DNA from: Callorhinchus milii
Taxonomy: Eukaryota
DNA: 64,000 bases
Direction of reading: 5' to 3'
NCBI RefSeq assembly: GCF_018977255.1
Contig: NW_024704743.1
Coordinates: forward strand, 90,336,001-90,400,000
Below are positions 12,141 through 25,750 of the stretch, in pieces. The translations under genes were made by a program, and so were the position numbers. Below the pieces are notes generated by a model. That model had not been told where the DNA came from and did no database searches. It saw nothing but the letters and a program-made list of their open reading frames with translations. How positions within the stretch are numbered: position 1 is the stretch's first letter; every line of letters starts with the position of its first letter.

Positions 12141-14199
12141 ATCACAGAGGGAGGGGCAACAATGTGTAGGGATTTGTAAGTGAGAATGGGGATCCTAAAG
12201 TTAATCCGCGGGCAGATAGGAAGACAGTCAGGGATAGCAAGGTGTGGGGTGGAAATGGTGGGGTAATGGGCAAATGAAGCTTCGTGCAGGAAAGGATACG
12301 AGCAGCCAGATTTTGGAATCAGCTGAGGCTTGTGAGTGGTAGCGCTAGGGATGCTGGCAAGGAGGGCTGAAGGGAATTAAGGCTCATCCAGGGGCTTGAT
12401 GTCTGACATGCAAGCAGTCAGAACATCAGTGAAACTGGAATCAATAATGGAAGCAGAGAGGTAGTTTTGGGTGTCAAGCTAGTACAGCGCACCGTTGAGT
12501 CTTAGGACAGAGTATAGAGCCAAGAATCTCGTCAGAATCACATCATTATTTGTATAGTGCCTTTCATGTCGGGAGGACGTCCCAAGGCGCTGGACAGTCA
12601 GTGTTTCAGATCCATTCTTTCTTTTTGAAAGAAAGGACGGTCGAAGAGGAGGATCCTATCCTATTAAAACTTGTAAGAAGCTCTATACATGGTCAGTTCA
12701 TGCAGAGCGATTCTGAAAATAATATTGATAATACATTAATAAAGCCACTTTAGCATCAGGAATGGCTATAGTACTGCAAAACCCTTAACTACTAAAATAA
12801 ATATTAAATACGTCGAAATACAGCGTGAACTTCACTTTCCTGTCAATCCCCTATCCATCTGGGTCCTACTTTAGCTTTGTAATTATCATTTTACTTTTGC
12901 CCTACCTAATGTATCTGATCTCTCTCTCCTATCTTTTTGAAACTTGTAAAAATTATGTTTGAACTTTTCTAAATGACACCCCACAAGATGTAGCTTGATC
13001 TTATCGGATGTGAATGCCACCCCACTTTGGAAACAAAATTTATGATGGTGAATAATAGGAACTATGTAACTCATCTTCCACTATGAAACCTTAAAAAACC
13101 CATGACACTATTCAAAAAGAGAAAGATGGTACTCCCAGGGTTCTTCATGGCCAGGCTCTTTGTGAGAGATTGCTGTGTCCAAATTGATGGCCACATTTGG
13201 CTACAGATAGAGTCACCAATTTAATAGTAATTATTGTAAAGGGCTTTGAGTTGTTTCAACGTTATCGGCACTATATCAAATGTAAGAATTATTTTTATTT
13301 CAATGTACATCCAACTGACATCCTGAATCAGTAATGACAATTTAGTTGAATTGTGGTCATTGGAATTAACTTTGGTTTCTTACTACTGGCAGGATTGCAG
13401 TTGCGATCAGAGTATGAACTAGCCCAAAATATTGTATGCTGTGAACACGTTTGAATCTTTTTGGTGGTGAGAGTGACTCCTTGCTTCACCGCCACTGCAG
13501 ACATTACAGTCACCTGCTCACATTCCAGTCCTACAACCTCATTTCCTGAACAACCAACTCGGAGCTATAAAATTGTAATTGTTTCCTCAGGCTCTAAATT
13601 GGACTCTGATTACCTTATGAGATTGCCATTCCAAATCTCATCCACGCACAGTGTGGGTAAGCCAACAAACTGAAGTCATTTATTCTAATGAAATATTTTC
13701 TAACATGGGGGGTGGGGGTTCTCTGAGGAATCTCTTTGCTGATTACTAAAAACATAACAAAAAGCATTTACAACAATAAACAATGATAATCCTTGCACTT
13801 GGTATAGCATCCTTTACATCAGAATGACATCGCAATGCACATTACCGGATATATTTTTTGTTAGCCAGGTTTCTGACACATGGAAACACGTCACCATGCT
13901 TAAGAGTATCCAAATCAAACAAAGTTCCATGTAAGTCACTAACACTTGGCAATTCCCATGTTTTGCATATTGGATCCCCAGAGGAACAACAACAACACAA
14001 TTACATTTGTCTACACATCCTGCTTACCTAATACCCAACGAGTATTAGAGGCAATTGGCCAGAGACAAGGCTTGGGAACTCTGAATGTGCTTTAGAGGCA
14101 ACTGCTGGAGTCCAGCCAGCTAAACCCACACAGCTAGCCATTGAAAGCACAATCTGGTAAGCTTCCCATTGCTTGTCCAGCTAGGACCAACCTAACCTT

Positions 14200-14580
14200 T
14201 AGGGATTTGATTTGCAGTGTTAGGATATACTGTAAAGTGCAGTGACTGTATTTTTTATTAGACAAACAGAGCAGCCAATTTTCACACACCAATGACCCAC
14301 AAACAGTAATGAAGTGGACGACCAGTTTAATTTGGGGGATTGTTGGCCAGAGAGGCGGAAGAAACTCCCTTTGCTTTACGAATAATGCCACGATATCTTT
14401 AATGTCAACTTGAATAGTGATAAAGGACCTCAGTTTAATATCTCATCTAGGGATGGCACCTCCAACAAGGCACCCCCCCACCCACCACAGTCCTGGAGTG
14501 TCACTAGTTCAACGTTCCAATAAAGGGCTTGTATCCAAATCTTTCTGACTTAGAGGCAAGAGTGCTACTGAGCCTGCTTG
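14200..14580 (-). mobile_element. Old DeuSINE (SacSINE1-like)
   Basis: Degenerate Deu-like core (reverse of GGTGCCATCC..GATGAGATATTAAACTGAGGTCC) and tRNA-like head. Confidence 0.65.
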
Positions 14581-17500
14581 ACACACATTTGTTATAGACC
14601 ATATTCTGTTCTTCCCACAGATTGCTTTATACTGTAGCTTCGTATCTTTCATGTGGACTGATTTTCACAATAATAAATATATTAAAGTGAACTGCTTGTT
14701 CCCAACTGATGTTGAAGAGATGATAATAAAATAGATTGAAACAAATGGTTCCTGACTCAGCCTTGGTATTAAGAGCATCATTGTTGGTGCGTCATTAAGT
14801 ACAACATCTGTTGTAAGGTACACACCTACATATATGCACAAGAGTGATAAATGTTTGGAACAATTTATCAAGTGGGGTAGCAACAGCAAAACATTAGGGG
14901 CATTCAGAAAAAAAGTGTATTCTATGTTAGGTAGGATATGTTGCAAAAGTGAAGGGCTTCACTGGGCAAAATGACCTTTTCCCAACCTTGACTTTGCTAT
15001 GTCCTTAGGCAATAAACTCTGAGACCTTTTTGAAATGAAATCTTGTTTCCCACAACAGAGGTGAACTATTTCAGGAGATTCAGTCTATCAGGAACAAGCA
15101 AGCTAGGATGTACATGATTTGCATACATTAAATTATGCACAACCAAAATAGAAAGATCAGCATTTATAAAGCAAAGACAATGGCTTAGGCAAGAGAGACA
15201 AAAAAAGTAAGGAAAGGAAAGCAAAAAATATTGCAAAAACTTACATCTATGAAAAGTAGCTTCAGAAAATGAAAGTAAATATTTTAAAAGTACAAGTTGG
15301 CCAGAAACAGAGTAAGTAAAGCATTGAGTTTTACTAGAAATTAACATTTTTAAAAATAAATTTAAATAATAAGGCCTGCGTTGTTTCTCACTCCGCTTAT
15401 CTCCTTCCTTAATTTCCTCTTGGGTTCAGTTCCAGGATCGACAACCGCTCTACATTAGGTCAGAGACAGCTCAAGAGGCAGCATGGTGTACACGAAGTTC
15501 TCTGCACAAGACCTACTTAACATGGCAAGAATTTTCTGGCAGAAAATCATCACTTTGCCCCCATTTTACCGGATGAGCGCACTTTCAACCTCACAGTGTA
15601 TGTCAGCAAACTATTCAACTGCTATGAGGCAGCACAGCACAGCTGAGCCCAAACCTATCCTCATCCAACACTCATACAGGCACAATCCAGTTGGAGAGCC
15701 ATTAGGAGTGGGAATCCTGGTTAATTTTTCCTTTATCCTTAACCTAAGGTGCTAAAGCCAACTGTATCATCCTAATTGCTATTCCAATTGAGATAAGTCA
15801 ACTCAGCACAGATAGGGATTTGAACCTGTAATGGTTATGAATGGCAAAAAGCACCTCCTCAACCAGCTTTCCTCTCAGTGTCAAATTACAAAGTGAAACA
15901 TCAGCTTCAGCTGCTACACTGAGGCACTATTCGGCACCAATGTTAGAAGCCTTAAATGATCCTTACATTTAATAAAGCACCTTTCAGGTTGGGACAATGT
16001 TTCAAAGCATTTACGGGATTTACTGTAAAGTGTGGTAACTGTTTTTCAGGCAACTGAATAAACCAGCAAATGTAACAACCAACAACAGGTTCTACACACT
16101 CACAGTGACAATAAACCATTTGCTGATGGAATACCAACTAGTTAGGTAATATGCAACAATGTACTTTGTACCAATGGAGTCAAACAATGTAAACAGACAA
16201 AGAAGACCTGTGGATGCAGGAACAGCAATAAAGTACACATGTTACAATGTACCTACAGTATTATGAATATAGTTATTTGCTATCATGTTGTTATGTTGCA
16301 TACATAAATTAGATTTTCAAACTATCAAATCTGCTGTATATTTCACTCATAATATTCCCATCATTAAATATTTTAGAAATGGCAATGCAACTAAGAACAG
16401 ATTTGGTTAAAACCTCACATCCGGTCCATTGCTAAGATCACCGTTTTCCATCTTTGGAACATTGCCCGCTTATGCCCTTATCTCACCCACAGCTGCTGAA
16501 ATAGCCATTCATACCTTCATCACTTCGATGGAGAGATCTTTCTGTGATGACAATCATGAAAATCCTGTCATTTACACAGATGACAGGCTTGCATATAGAC
16601 ACTTTTCTAGATCTACAGACAATGAGGCCTCCACAGTTCTAGTGCTTTAAATATGATGACAACCATTCATTACTACAGTGTTTTATAAATGGACAATGCA
16701 ACTTGCTGGAACTGTAGTGGGGTGTTGGTGGGAGCCCTAAAACTTGAGTCAGGAGGTCACTGATCACTATTTGGTGACAAAACACATCTCAACAGTGATT
16801 CTCTCACATTGTTGAATAATCCACCAGAACTCATTAGCTAGCTCACACAAGTTGGATGTCCACTTGGGCGAGGAATCAGAGGGTGTTTGGAACCGGGAAC
16901 CAATACCTTAACGTAAATCACTGCCTTTTGGAGAGAAGAGAAAATTGGCAGGGAAAATATAGCACTTCTGTATCATCCAGAACCACTTCACAACCTTAAC
17001 AGCATTTTAGCTCCTGTCTAAAATAAAAAAATACACCCAGCTTTTATTATTTTAGTTACTTGCTTAATTTATGAAACTCGACAGAATACATGATGAGGAG
17101 TGTGAGATATAATGTGTCTATCACTTGTTACTGCTCGCAACGCAGGTACAAGACTCTGAGTCTGTCCTGGCCAGTACCTCAGCTATTTACACTTGCTCCT
17201 GGCAGAAATTGTGTGTTTCATGGGTGAAAATTTGGGACTGGATAGTTTTATAAATAAATGAAAACATGTAAATGAATATCCTTGACTGCAGGATAAACAA
17301 AGCTGTCTGTGTTTTGAGAACAAGATAAAAAAAATTTTTTAAGTTCAAATAAATGTTGGCTTTAAACCCACTTTATGCAAAATTAAGAAGCAGGTGGTGA
17401 TTACAGACAGAGGCGCAGGGGAGGGGGGTAACTTCTACTCATTGCTTAAGGGGCTGTAATTTCATCTCCCACTCAAAACAAAATACTGGGAGGAAGGAAA

Positions 17501-17751
17501 ATAAGTCTAAACAACTTCTGGCTTTTCCTGCTTCTTCAACAGTGATCTGCTCACGACACTGTTTGGAGAAAACTGGCACAAAGGAGTTACTATTTCTGAC
17601 TGTGTGAAGGAGTTGAATTAATGCGCACAATTAAAATAAGATGCTTCAGGTACTCTGGGTTAAGAACTATTTTTAAACTAATACCTGCTTTTCATAAATA
17701 GTTTATGGAGAAGAGGAAGCAGACTTCACTGAGTGTTTGGAAGACACAAAC

Positions 17752-17975
17752 TGAAAGTTGTTTGGATCTGGAATGCATTGCCTGAAAGGGTAGTGGAAGA
17801 CGATTCGATAACAGCTTTCAAGAGAGAAGTAAATAGATATTTGAGGAGGACAAATTTGCAGGGCTATGGGGAGAGAGTGGGGGAGTGGGATTAATTTGGA
17901 TAGCTCTTTCAAATAGCCGGCATTGACACGATGGGCCGAATGGCCTCCTCCTGTGCTGTATAATTCTATGATTCT
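17752..17975 (+). mobile_element. CR1 3' end fragment
   Basis: Matches 3520-3745; ATGGGCCGAATGGCCTCC and ATTCTATGATTCTA tail. Confidence 0.88.
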
Positions 17976-19187
17976 AAGTTCTTCAAACTATATGGTCTTT
18001 TTCCTCTGAGTGGATATGAGTCACAGCATCCAACTGAACAACTACTGTACTACATGGACAGGAAAGAGGCTAGTTTTATTTGAACTTTATCTGAGTCAGT
18101 GTTGCCAGATGAATGGACCACTCACTAAATTGAAAAACAACTCCCGACATGAATCATCAATATAGAAGCACAAGCAAGAAACAATGACCAGCATGTGAGT
18201 AATCCAATCATGAGCATGAATGCATTCAAATTGCACACCAAAAGGTAACCCCAGTGAACCAGTGGGAGGGATGAGAAAGGTTTATTCTATTTGAATAAGG
18301 GCGGGAATGTGCTTCAGTTTATCCTGTGATGCCAGCCAGGGAGAATGCACTTGAAAATGTAACATTTTGTGCAGTGTTAACTAAGCAATGAGAAACTACA
18401 GTGAAATACAAAGAATTTGTAAATTGCAATTGATTTTTCATTCTGCCTATTTTGTACTATGCCCACTGAATATTAGTGTTGGAGGACAGAACATTCTACT
18501 CCTTGCACCATTTAAAATCCATTATTTATTAGTTAAAATTGTATTACAATTATTTATAAGTACGAAGGAATAAATTTGCTAACTTTAGCAAATGGAAGAG
18601 AATAGTATTCAGCCCACAACAATGAATTTACAACATAAAGTGCATTGAGCAGAATAGTCCCCACTACGTTTAAGCCGTATAGCCTGAGGCTATCATCAAT
18701 GTGGAACTTCAACAGAACCTAGCGTTGAGAACTCTATAGAAAGCATTGCCAATGAGTGTCATATGGCTTTAGAAAATACTTCTTGATTTTAACTTCCAAT
18801 ATACATACAGTTGGACCTAAAATATGTGACTGCAACCCATTTCGAGATGTTTTGATGTGCTGTTTGTCCCTTTACTTCCACACTGCAATTCAAATGTAAT
18901 CTTTCAAAGAAACATACACTTAACACAACACTTGGGCCAGATTATAATTATTGCTCAAAATGAGGAACAAAAGTTACTTTTGCCACAACAGATGGAAATT
19001 TAGGCCTTATTACAAAGGCAGGTGCTGTTTCTAATTTTTCCACCAATTAAGATTTCCAGTATAAAGATTTTGTACTTGTGAGCAATGTTCATCAATTAGA
19101 ACTACAGAACCACAAATGTTGCAAATGTTTCCCTGTCGTCAGGAGAAATTTAATTATTTTTAAACACTCTTGCACCAGCAGCTCCAA

Positions 19188-19452
19188 CAATAATAATCCT
19201 TGCATTTGATAAGAACACATTATCACGTCTTCGAGACGTCTCAAAGTGCTTCACCAAATACACTGTAAAGTGAATTGACTGCATATTTTGTGGGCAAAAT
19301 GCGGCAGCCAATTGTGCACAGCAGTGTCCCACAAACAGTCGTGGATTGAAGTGACCAATTTATTATTTTTTTTTGAAGGAATTATTACCCCCAGAAAAGC
19401 GATCCGCCAATTGGCTAACAACCAGGTTCCTACTTACTGCTTGGTAAACAGT
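19188..19452 (-). mobile_element. tRNA-SINE 3' half
   Basis: Matches the body and tail of the other SINE copies; head missing. Confidence 0.8.
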
Positions 19453-20784
19453 GTAGCAAAATTCACCAATGTTTCTTTCTTGTCTTTCAGAAGTTAATTT
19501 CTTACTGCGCTTTGAGCTCCACATTGGTGTAAGGAAGGGAGGAGGGAAGAAGGAATGCGGTAGTACTACTGACAATATCTATATAGAAAATAATAGATAC
19601 CTGGAGTGATTACTAGGCAGTAATCCCATCAAGAGAAGGGTGGAGGGGGTTCAGATGACAGCGTGATTCACAGAGAGTAAAGTACAAGCAGTTTATAACA
19701 GGCATCTGAACCCAGAGATGAAATTACAGACTTGAAGTCACCCTTGTGCATCTTTTTTTTCTTTTAATAATACATGCCGAATTGCAGGGTGGTTTTCTGG
19801 GAATGTTTGCACCAACATCAGATGTCTTAAGAGATAGGAACCACCAATGATATATACACATTACACATTACTGACATATAATTGTAATAATAATCCTTGA
19901 GTTTGATACATTGCTTTTCACATCAAGAGGACGTCTCAAAGTGCTTGACAGGATTTACCATGAAGTCCAGCGACTATGTGTTTTGCAGGCAAATATTGAT
20001 ATCCAGGCTGCTGACAAATTCACAATGACAATCAATGTCAATTTTTCAACTGATAATCGATAGCTGCTCACCCAGAAATAAAAGTCACATAGATTACATT
20101 TTTATAGTAGTTTATCATGTTGAAACATCAAAAAAGTGTTTCAGAGATAATTATTGTCAAATGTAGCGACTGTTCTTGTAGGCAACCATCTATCCGAACA
20201 AAGTCTAACAAAGAGGTAAGTGATTAATTAATTAATCTGAAAAATTGCTGGTCAGAGACATACAAGATTTCATATCACTCATGCAATGCAATGAGAAAAG
20301 GTATAGTGCATTGTCAAAGGTATTTCCGCTCTGAGACGCTACCTTGCATGGAGGGCGCTATTTAAGCACAACTTGTTGTTGTTGTATGAATGGCACAACT
20401 TTCTGGCCTAACTGCTTACAAATACATATTGTTTTACAAAGAGGGATATAAAAATGTGCCCTATAAAAGTTATTGTTGCATCTTAGGCCACAACTGCATT
20501 AAAAGTAACTTGAAGAAGTACTTGAGGAAGAATAATATTAAGTGGGAAAGAGCAGGGAAAAGAGATTTAAGTAAATAGATCTAGTGGAAAAGTTAATACC
20601 AGCAAACGCCTAATGAGTCAAATGGTCTCATTCTGTGCTATAATCTTTCAAGGATATTATGAATCAAATTTCAGGTCCTCAGTTATATCCTGGTTATGTG
20701 CTGAGAAATGATACTACTTTTTAAAGGAAGAATTAATAGAAACAATTTTTTTTAGAATGCTACCATTTTTGATGCATTTGTTGC

Positions 20785-21640
20785 GTCAGCCTGGCTCAGT
20801 TGGTAGTGCTCTCTCCTTGGAGTCTCCTTCAGTTCAGTCCCACTTCAGGACCTGAAATTCATAGTCTAAGATGACTTCAATGCAGTGTGGGGCTGCTACA
20901 ATGTTGGAGGTGCCATCCTTCGGATGAAACATTAAACCAAGGCCCTGTGTGCCTGTTCAGGTGGACAGTTAAGATCCCATGGCACTATGCAAAAAAGAGA
21001 AGGGAGTTTGTCCCAGTGTCCTGGCCAACAATCACCCAAATAAAATTGGTCACTCACATCATAGCTATTTCAAATTCTCGAATTCAAGATCCTCACCCTC
21101 ACCTACAAGGCCATTCACGGCCTTGCTCCCTCCTACCTCTCCAACCTACTATCCCCCTACCTACCCGCCCGTACCCTCCGTTCCTCTGGCTCCGGTCTGC
21201 TCCACATCCCCCGCCCCAACCGCCCTACTATCGGTGGTCGGGCCTTCAGCCTCTCAGCCCCGAGGCTCTGGAACTCCATCCCCCAGTGCCTTCGCCGCTT
21301 CCTCCCTTTCCTCCTTCAAGGCCGGTCTCAAGACCTTTCTCTTTGACCGTGCCTTCAGCTCTCTTCTCGACTCTCTACCCCCTCCTCGCTCCTCCCTTCC
21401 CTCCCCTCACCCTGACCATTTCCCCCCTGCTCGGGTCCTGACCCAACTGTACAGCGCCTTGGGACGTCCTCCCGACGTGAAAGGCGCTCAATAAATGGAA
21501 TCTTGTTGTTGTTGTATTTGTGGGATATTGCTGTGTGCAAATCAGCTGCCAGGTTTGCCCACAAAACAACTGCATTTTACAATACATCCTGTGAAGCACT
21601 TTGAGACATTCTCTAACGTGAAAAGTGCTAAGGATTATTA
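20785..21640 (+). mobile_element. Old DeuSINE interrupted by a young L2 fragment (21071-21514, TSD TATTT)
   Basis: SINE head and Deu-like core to 21070, resuming at 21515. The insert carries the L2 3' end with a (TTG)n tail. TATTT occurs at 21066-21070 and 21515-21519. Confidence 0.85.
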
Positions 21641-23591
21641 TAGTTTCAATCTCGTTTGCCCTTTTCATTTCCATTAACTGGATAGGGTTTAACCAATATG
21701 CATTTCTTGTATACCAGCAAGAAAATGCAAATAACAAACACAACTGTTATGATATTAAACCCCATCAATAAATATTATATGCATATGTAAAATATATGTA
21801 TTGTATAATTACTCTTAGAACTCCAAATCAGCCTAAGCACACTTGAAACTAGCAAACAAATAAAACACTAATTTATTTTCATCAAGATTTTGTTCTCAAA
21901 AGTAGCTCATGGTATAAAAAGCTCAAACAACTTGAAATGTACCAATCAAGTCATTGAGCCAACCACTAACCTGTGCCAGTAGCACTGATGAGATGTTAAT
22001 CATTGTGTATTTTCAATACAAATATATGTATATATCATATATAAATCGTGAGACTGTCTAATGAAAAAGATATAGGATTGGAATACTATGCTCAAACCAC
22101 TCAAACTGATTGGCATCAGTTAGGACAGTCTTCTGGCTATACCACAGAACTCTAATTCCTAAAATGAGTTTGATACAAATGTTACTTAGTTCCATTTCCA
22201 AAAGCATACAAGCTGATCTGAATATGAATTTGTCAAATTCACTTTCAATTTTTTTCAATCACAGTACATTGTAGGTTATTCTAATTGCACTTCATGCCAT
22301 GAATTCATGGATGAGAACTCAGCCTTGACTGCTCTGTTCAGTAAGTTTACTGGATTTGATATAATCCTAAAATATATTTCGCTTTTAAGTTTGAATTTCA
22401 TTTTTAATTCATGTTATTTAATATTAAAATTCAGGGACAAATTTGCTATTTTTACCAAACAATGCAGAAATAGCGCCGCATCATCAAATTCACTGCCTGG
22501 AGGACATAGCACCAAATAACACCTTTAGAAACCAGACATTTTTGGATGCACCTTCATAGCCTGATCTTCAAATCCAAGATAGTATTTACATGAAAGCATA
22601 GATGATGCATTTCCTTACACTGCTATCTTCTTATTTTTAAATAACATGTCAACTGCAAAATAAAACAAAATCAGAACATGGTCTCAGACAACAATAACAA
22701 AAAGCTTTGACAACAAAATGGAGTTAAGAAATGGTAGAAGTGTTCAATTTCAAGGGATTTTTTTCCTTTTAATGTTGCAATGCAACATTTTCATTCTAGA
22801 TTGTATTGCATTTACCTGGGTACAAAACTTGATCATATTGTTGTCATTCGACCTTATACTGGAAGTGAGCACGAGGTGCCTTCAGTACAGTGGATACTAT
22901 GCACCTACTATATAAACTGTCAATGTCATTCTATAACCCAAACACTAAAGCAGATTCACCAGTAGGTAACTAATACTTCATATTCTCTTTGCATTCTTTG
23001 AATCCGCAGACTAAATAATTAAAGACACTGAACCCAGCAACTTAATTTTACAAGAAAACATTACAGGAGCCAGTTAATTCTCTCCTTTCACAGGAAGCGG
23101 CAATGATTATTTGAACATTACAGCAACCATACATGTATCAAGAGCTGAAATAGCCAGTTGGAAGGAAATAGTATTTGGAAAATAGGGTTTGTTTGAGGGG
23201 AGGAGAATAATTGATGCAATCCCACAGAATAGATGCCAGTTATTTTAACAGGCCTAGTTGTAGCAGAGGCTGCTTCGCTTTATGTCTCTGCGAGACACAA
23301 GCTTCCAAAACGTTACCAAAATTACTTGATAAGAGAGTGAGTGACTTCTGATACCCCACAGTACTTTAGCTCATTTCTCTCTTACACTTACACACGCGCG
23401 CACACAAGAGACGTGTATTGATTGCCCCTCTGCTGCTGTCCAAGTTCTCTCTAATCTGTGGTATCAGTTATGGTCCAGAGCTGCTCTCTCTCTGGGCTGG
23501 TTGGACGAGGCTGCCTTTTGCTGTGACTCAGTCTGGGGCCGAGGCTCGGGAGTGACTCCTGCTCTCAGAGTGGCTCAGAGTGTGGTTCTAC

Positions 23592-23907
23592 CTGTGGCTC
23601 TGGCTGTAGCTCTGGCTCTGGCTGTAGCTCTGGCTGTAGCTCTGGCTCTGGCTGTAGCTCTGGCTCTGGCTGTAGCTCTGGCTCTGGCTGTAGCTCTGGC
23701 TGTAGCTCTGGCTCTGGCTGTAGCTCTGGCTCTGGCTCTGGCTGTAGCTGTGGCTCTGGCTGTAGCTCTGGCTGTAGCTCTGGCTCTGGCTGTAGCTGTG
23801 GCTCTGGCTGTAGCTGTGGCTCTGGCTGTAGCTCTGGCTCTGGCTCTGGCTGTAGCTGTAGCTGTAGCTCTGGCTCTGGCTGTAGCTCTGGCTGTGGCTC
23901 TGGCTGT
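23592..23907. repeat. Hexamer variant array (GCTCTG/GCTGTA/GCTGTG)n
   Basis: Directly visible, in-register hexamer units. Confidence 0.95.
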
Positions 23908-23943
23908 TTGATGACAGCCTGGTTGACAGTCGAGTTCTAGCAG

Positions 23944-24309
23944 TGCCTGCCCTGTCTGCCCTGCCTGTGCTGCCTGCCCTGCTTGCCCTGCCTGCCCTGC
24001 CTGTGCTGCCTGCCCTGCCTGTGCTGCTGCCCACCCTGCCCTGCCCGCCCTGCCCTGCCTGCCCGCCCTGCCTGTGTTGCCTGCCTGCCCTGCCTGCTCT
24101 GCCTGTGTTGCCTCCCTGCCCTGCCTGCCTCCCCTGCCCTGCCTGCCCTCCCTGCCCTGCCCTGCCTCCCCTGCCCTGCCTGCCTCCCCTGCCTCCCCTG
24201 CCTGCCTCCCCTGCCTGCCTCCCCTGCCCTGCCTGCTTCCCCTGCCTGCCCTCCCCTGCCTGCCTCCCCTGCCCTGCCTGCCCTCCCCTGCCTGCCTGCC
24301 CTGCCTGCC
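23944..24309. repeat. (CCTG/CCCTG/CCTCC)n C-rich array
   Basis: Directly visible tetramer/pentamer mix. Confidence 0.95.
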
Positions 24310-24324
24310 AGGCTCTCCAGTGCT

Positions 24325-24353
24325 GGCGCTGTCCGCCGCTGTGTGGTCCTGAA
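24325..24353 (-). promoter_or_regulatory. Non-canonical (expanded-spacer) RE1/NRSE REST-binding site
   Basis: Minus strand reads TTCAGGACC-ACACAGCGGC-GGACAGCGCC: left and right RE1 half-sites separated by 10 nt instead of 2, in intron 1 of a neuronal/neuroendocrine gene. Confidence 0.7.
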
Positions 24354-24450
24354 TCATGTCACCGAGGCCGCTGTGAGGCACCAGCAGCCGCTGGGCTTCA
24401 GCTCGGTGTTGGGGCCGAGCTGTGCACACACACACAGGCGGGGAGACCCA

Positions 24451-25480
24451 CTGCGGGGCTGGGGCTGGGGGGCTGGGGCTGGGGGGCTGCGGGGCTGGGG
24501 CTGGGGGGCTGGGGCTGGGGGGGCTGGGGGGCTGCGGGGCTGCGGGGCTGGGGGGCTGGGGGCTGCGGGGCTGGGGCTGGGGCTGGGGGCTGCGGGGCTG
24601 CGGGGCTGGGGGCTGCGGGGCTGGGGCTGGGGGGCTGCGGGGCTGGGGGCTGGGGGGCTGCGGGGCTGGGGGCTGGGGGGCTGGGGGGCTGGGGGGCTGG
24701 GGGCTGGGGGGGCTGGGGGGCTGGGGGCTGGGGGGCTGGGGCTGGGGGGCTGGGGGGCTGGGGGCTGGGGCTGGGGCTGGGGGGCTGGGGGGCTGGGGCT
24801 GGGGGGCTGGGGGCTGGGGGCTGGGGGGCTGGGGCTGGGGGGCTGGGGGGCTGGGGGGGGCTGGGGGGCTGGGGCTGGGGGCTGGGGGGCTGGGGCTGGG
24901 GGGCTGGGGGCTGGGGGGCTGGGGGCTGGGGGGCTGGGGGCTGGGGGGCTGGGGGCTGGGGGGCTGGGGCTGGGGGGCTGGGGGGCTGGGGCTGGGGGGC
25001 TGGGGGGCTGGGGGCTGGGGGGCTGGGGCTGGGGCTGGGGCTGGGGGGCTGGGGCTGGGGGGCTGGGGGGCTGGGGCTGGGGGCTGGGCTGGGGGCTGGG
25101 GCTGGGGCTGGGGGCTGGGGCTGGGGCTGGGGGGCTGGGGGGCTGGGGCTGGGGGCTGGGGCTGGGGGGGCTGGGGCTGGGGGCTGGGGGCTGGGGGCTG
25201 GGCTGGGGGCTGGGGGGCTGGGGGCTGGGGGGCTGGGGCTGGGGCTGGGGGGCTGGGGGGCTGGGGGCTGGGGGCTGGGGGCTGGGGGGCTGGGGCTGGG
25301 GCTGGGGGCTGGGGGGCTGGGGGGCTGGGGCTGGGGGGCTGGGGGGCTGGGGGGCTGGGGCTGGGGGCTGGGGGGCTGGGGCTGGGGGGCTGCGGGGCTG
25401 GGGGGCTGGGGGGCTGGGGCTGGGGGGCTGGGGGGCTGGGGGGCTGGGGCTGGGGGGCTGGGGGGCTGGGGGGCTGCGGG
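24451..25480. repeat. ~1 kb (G3-8CT)n array, G-quadruplex-prone
   Basis: Uninterrupted GGGGCT-type units with variable G-run length; CTGCGGGG variants at the ends. Confidence 0.97.
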
Positions 25481-25696
25481 GTGGTTGTGGGGGGGGAGAG
25501 CAGGACACGGGGGGGGTATATATTATCCCAAAGATGTTCCCATCAACGTGCAAAAAGGAGAGCCACGAGCAGCACAGGACAGGACAGCTCTGCCCACCAT
25601 ACAACTCACACACACAATCATGAGATTCAATAATAAAATAAATAAAAACCTGCCCCCCCCCCCCAGAGCCAGAGCCAGTGCCCGGACTAACTGAGA

Positions 25697-25750
25697 GGCG
25701 GAAGATGGCGGCTGCAAACCCTAACCCAAGGCTTGTAGGCCAATTGGTCC
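25697..25750 (+). promoter_or_regulatory. Overlapping ETS (GGCGGAAG) and YY1 (AAGATGGCGGC) motifs plus CCAAT palindrome
   Basis: GGCGGAAGATGGCGGC at 25697-25712 and GGCCAATTGG at ~25738-25747, in a unique island between repeat arrays. Confidence 0.45.

Noticed and set aside
23592..25480. Resemblance to immunoglobulin switch regions (AGCT and GGGCT repeats)
   Set aside because: There are no Ig V/J/C exons or RSS nearby and the context is RIMS2 intron 1. Convergent simple-sequence similarity.
25717..25727. Telomere-like AACCCTAACCC
   Set aside because: Under two units; too short to call an interstitial telomeric repeat.
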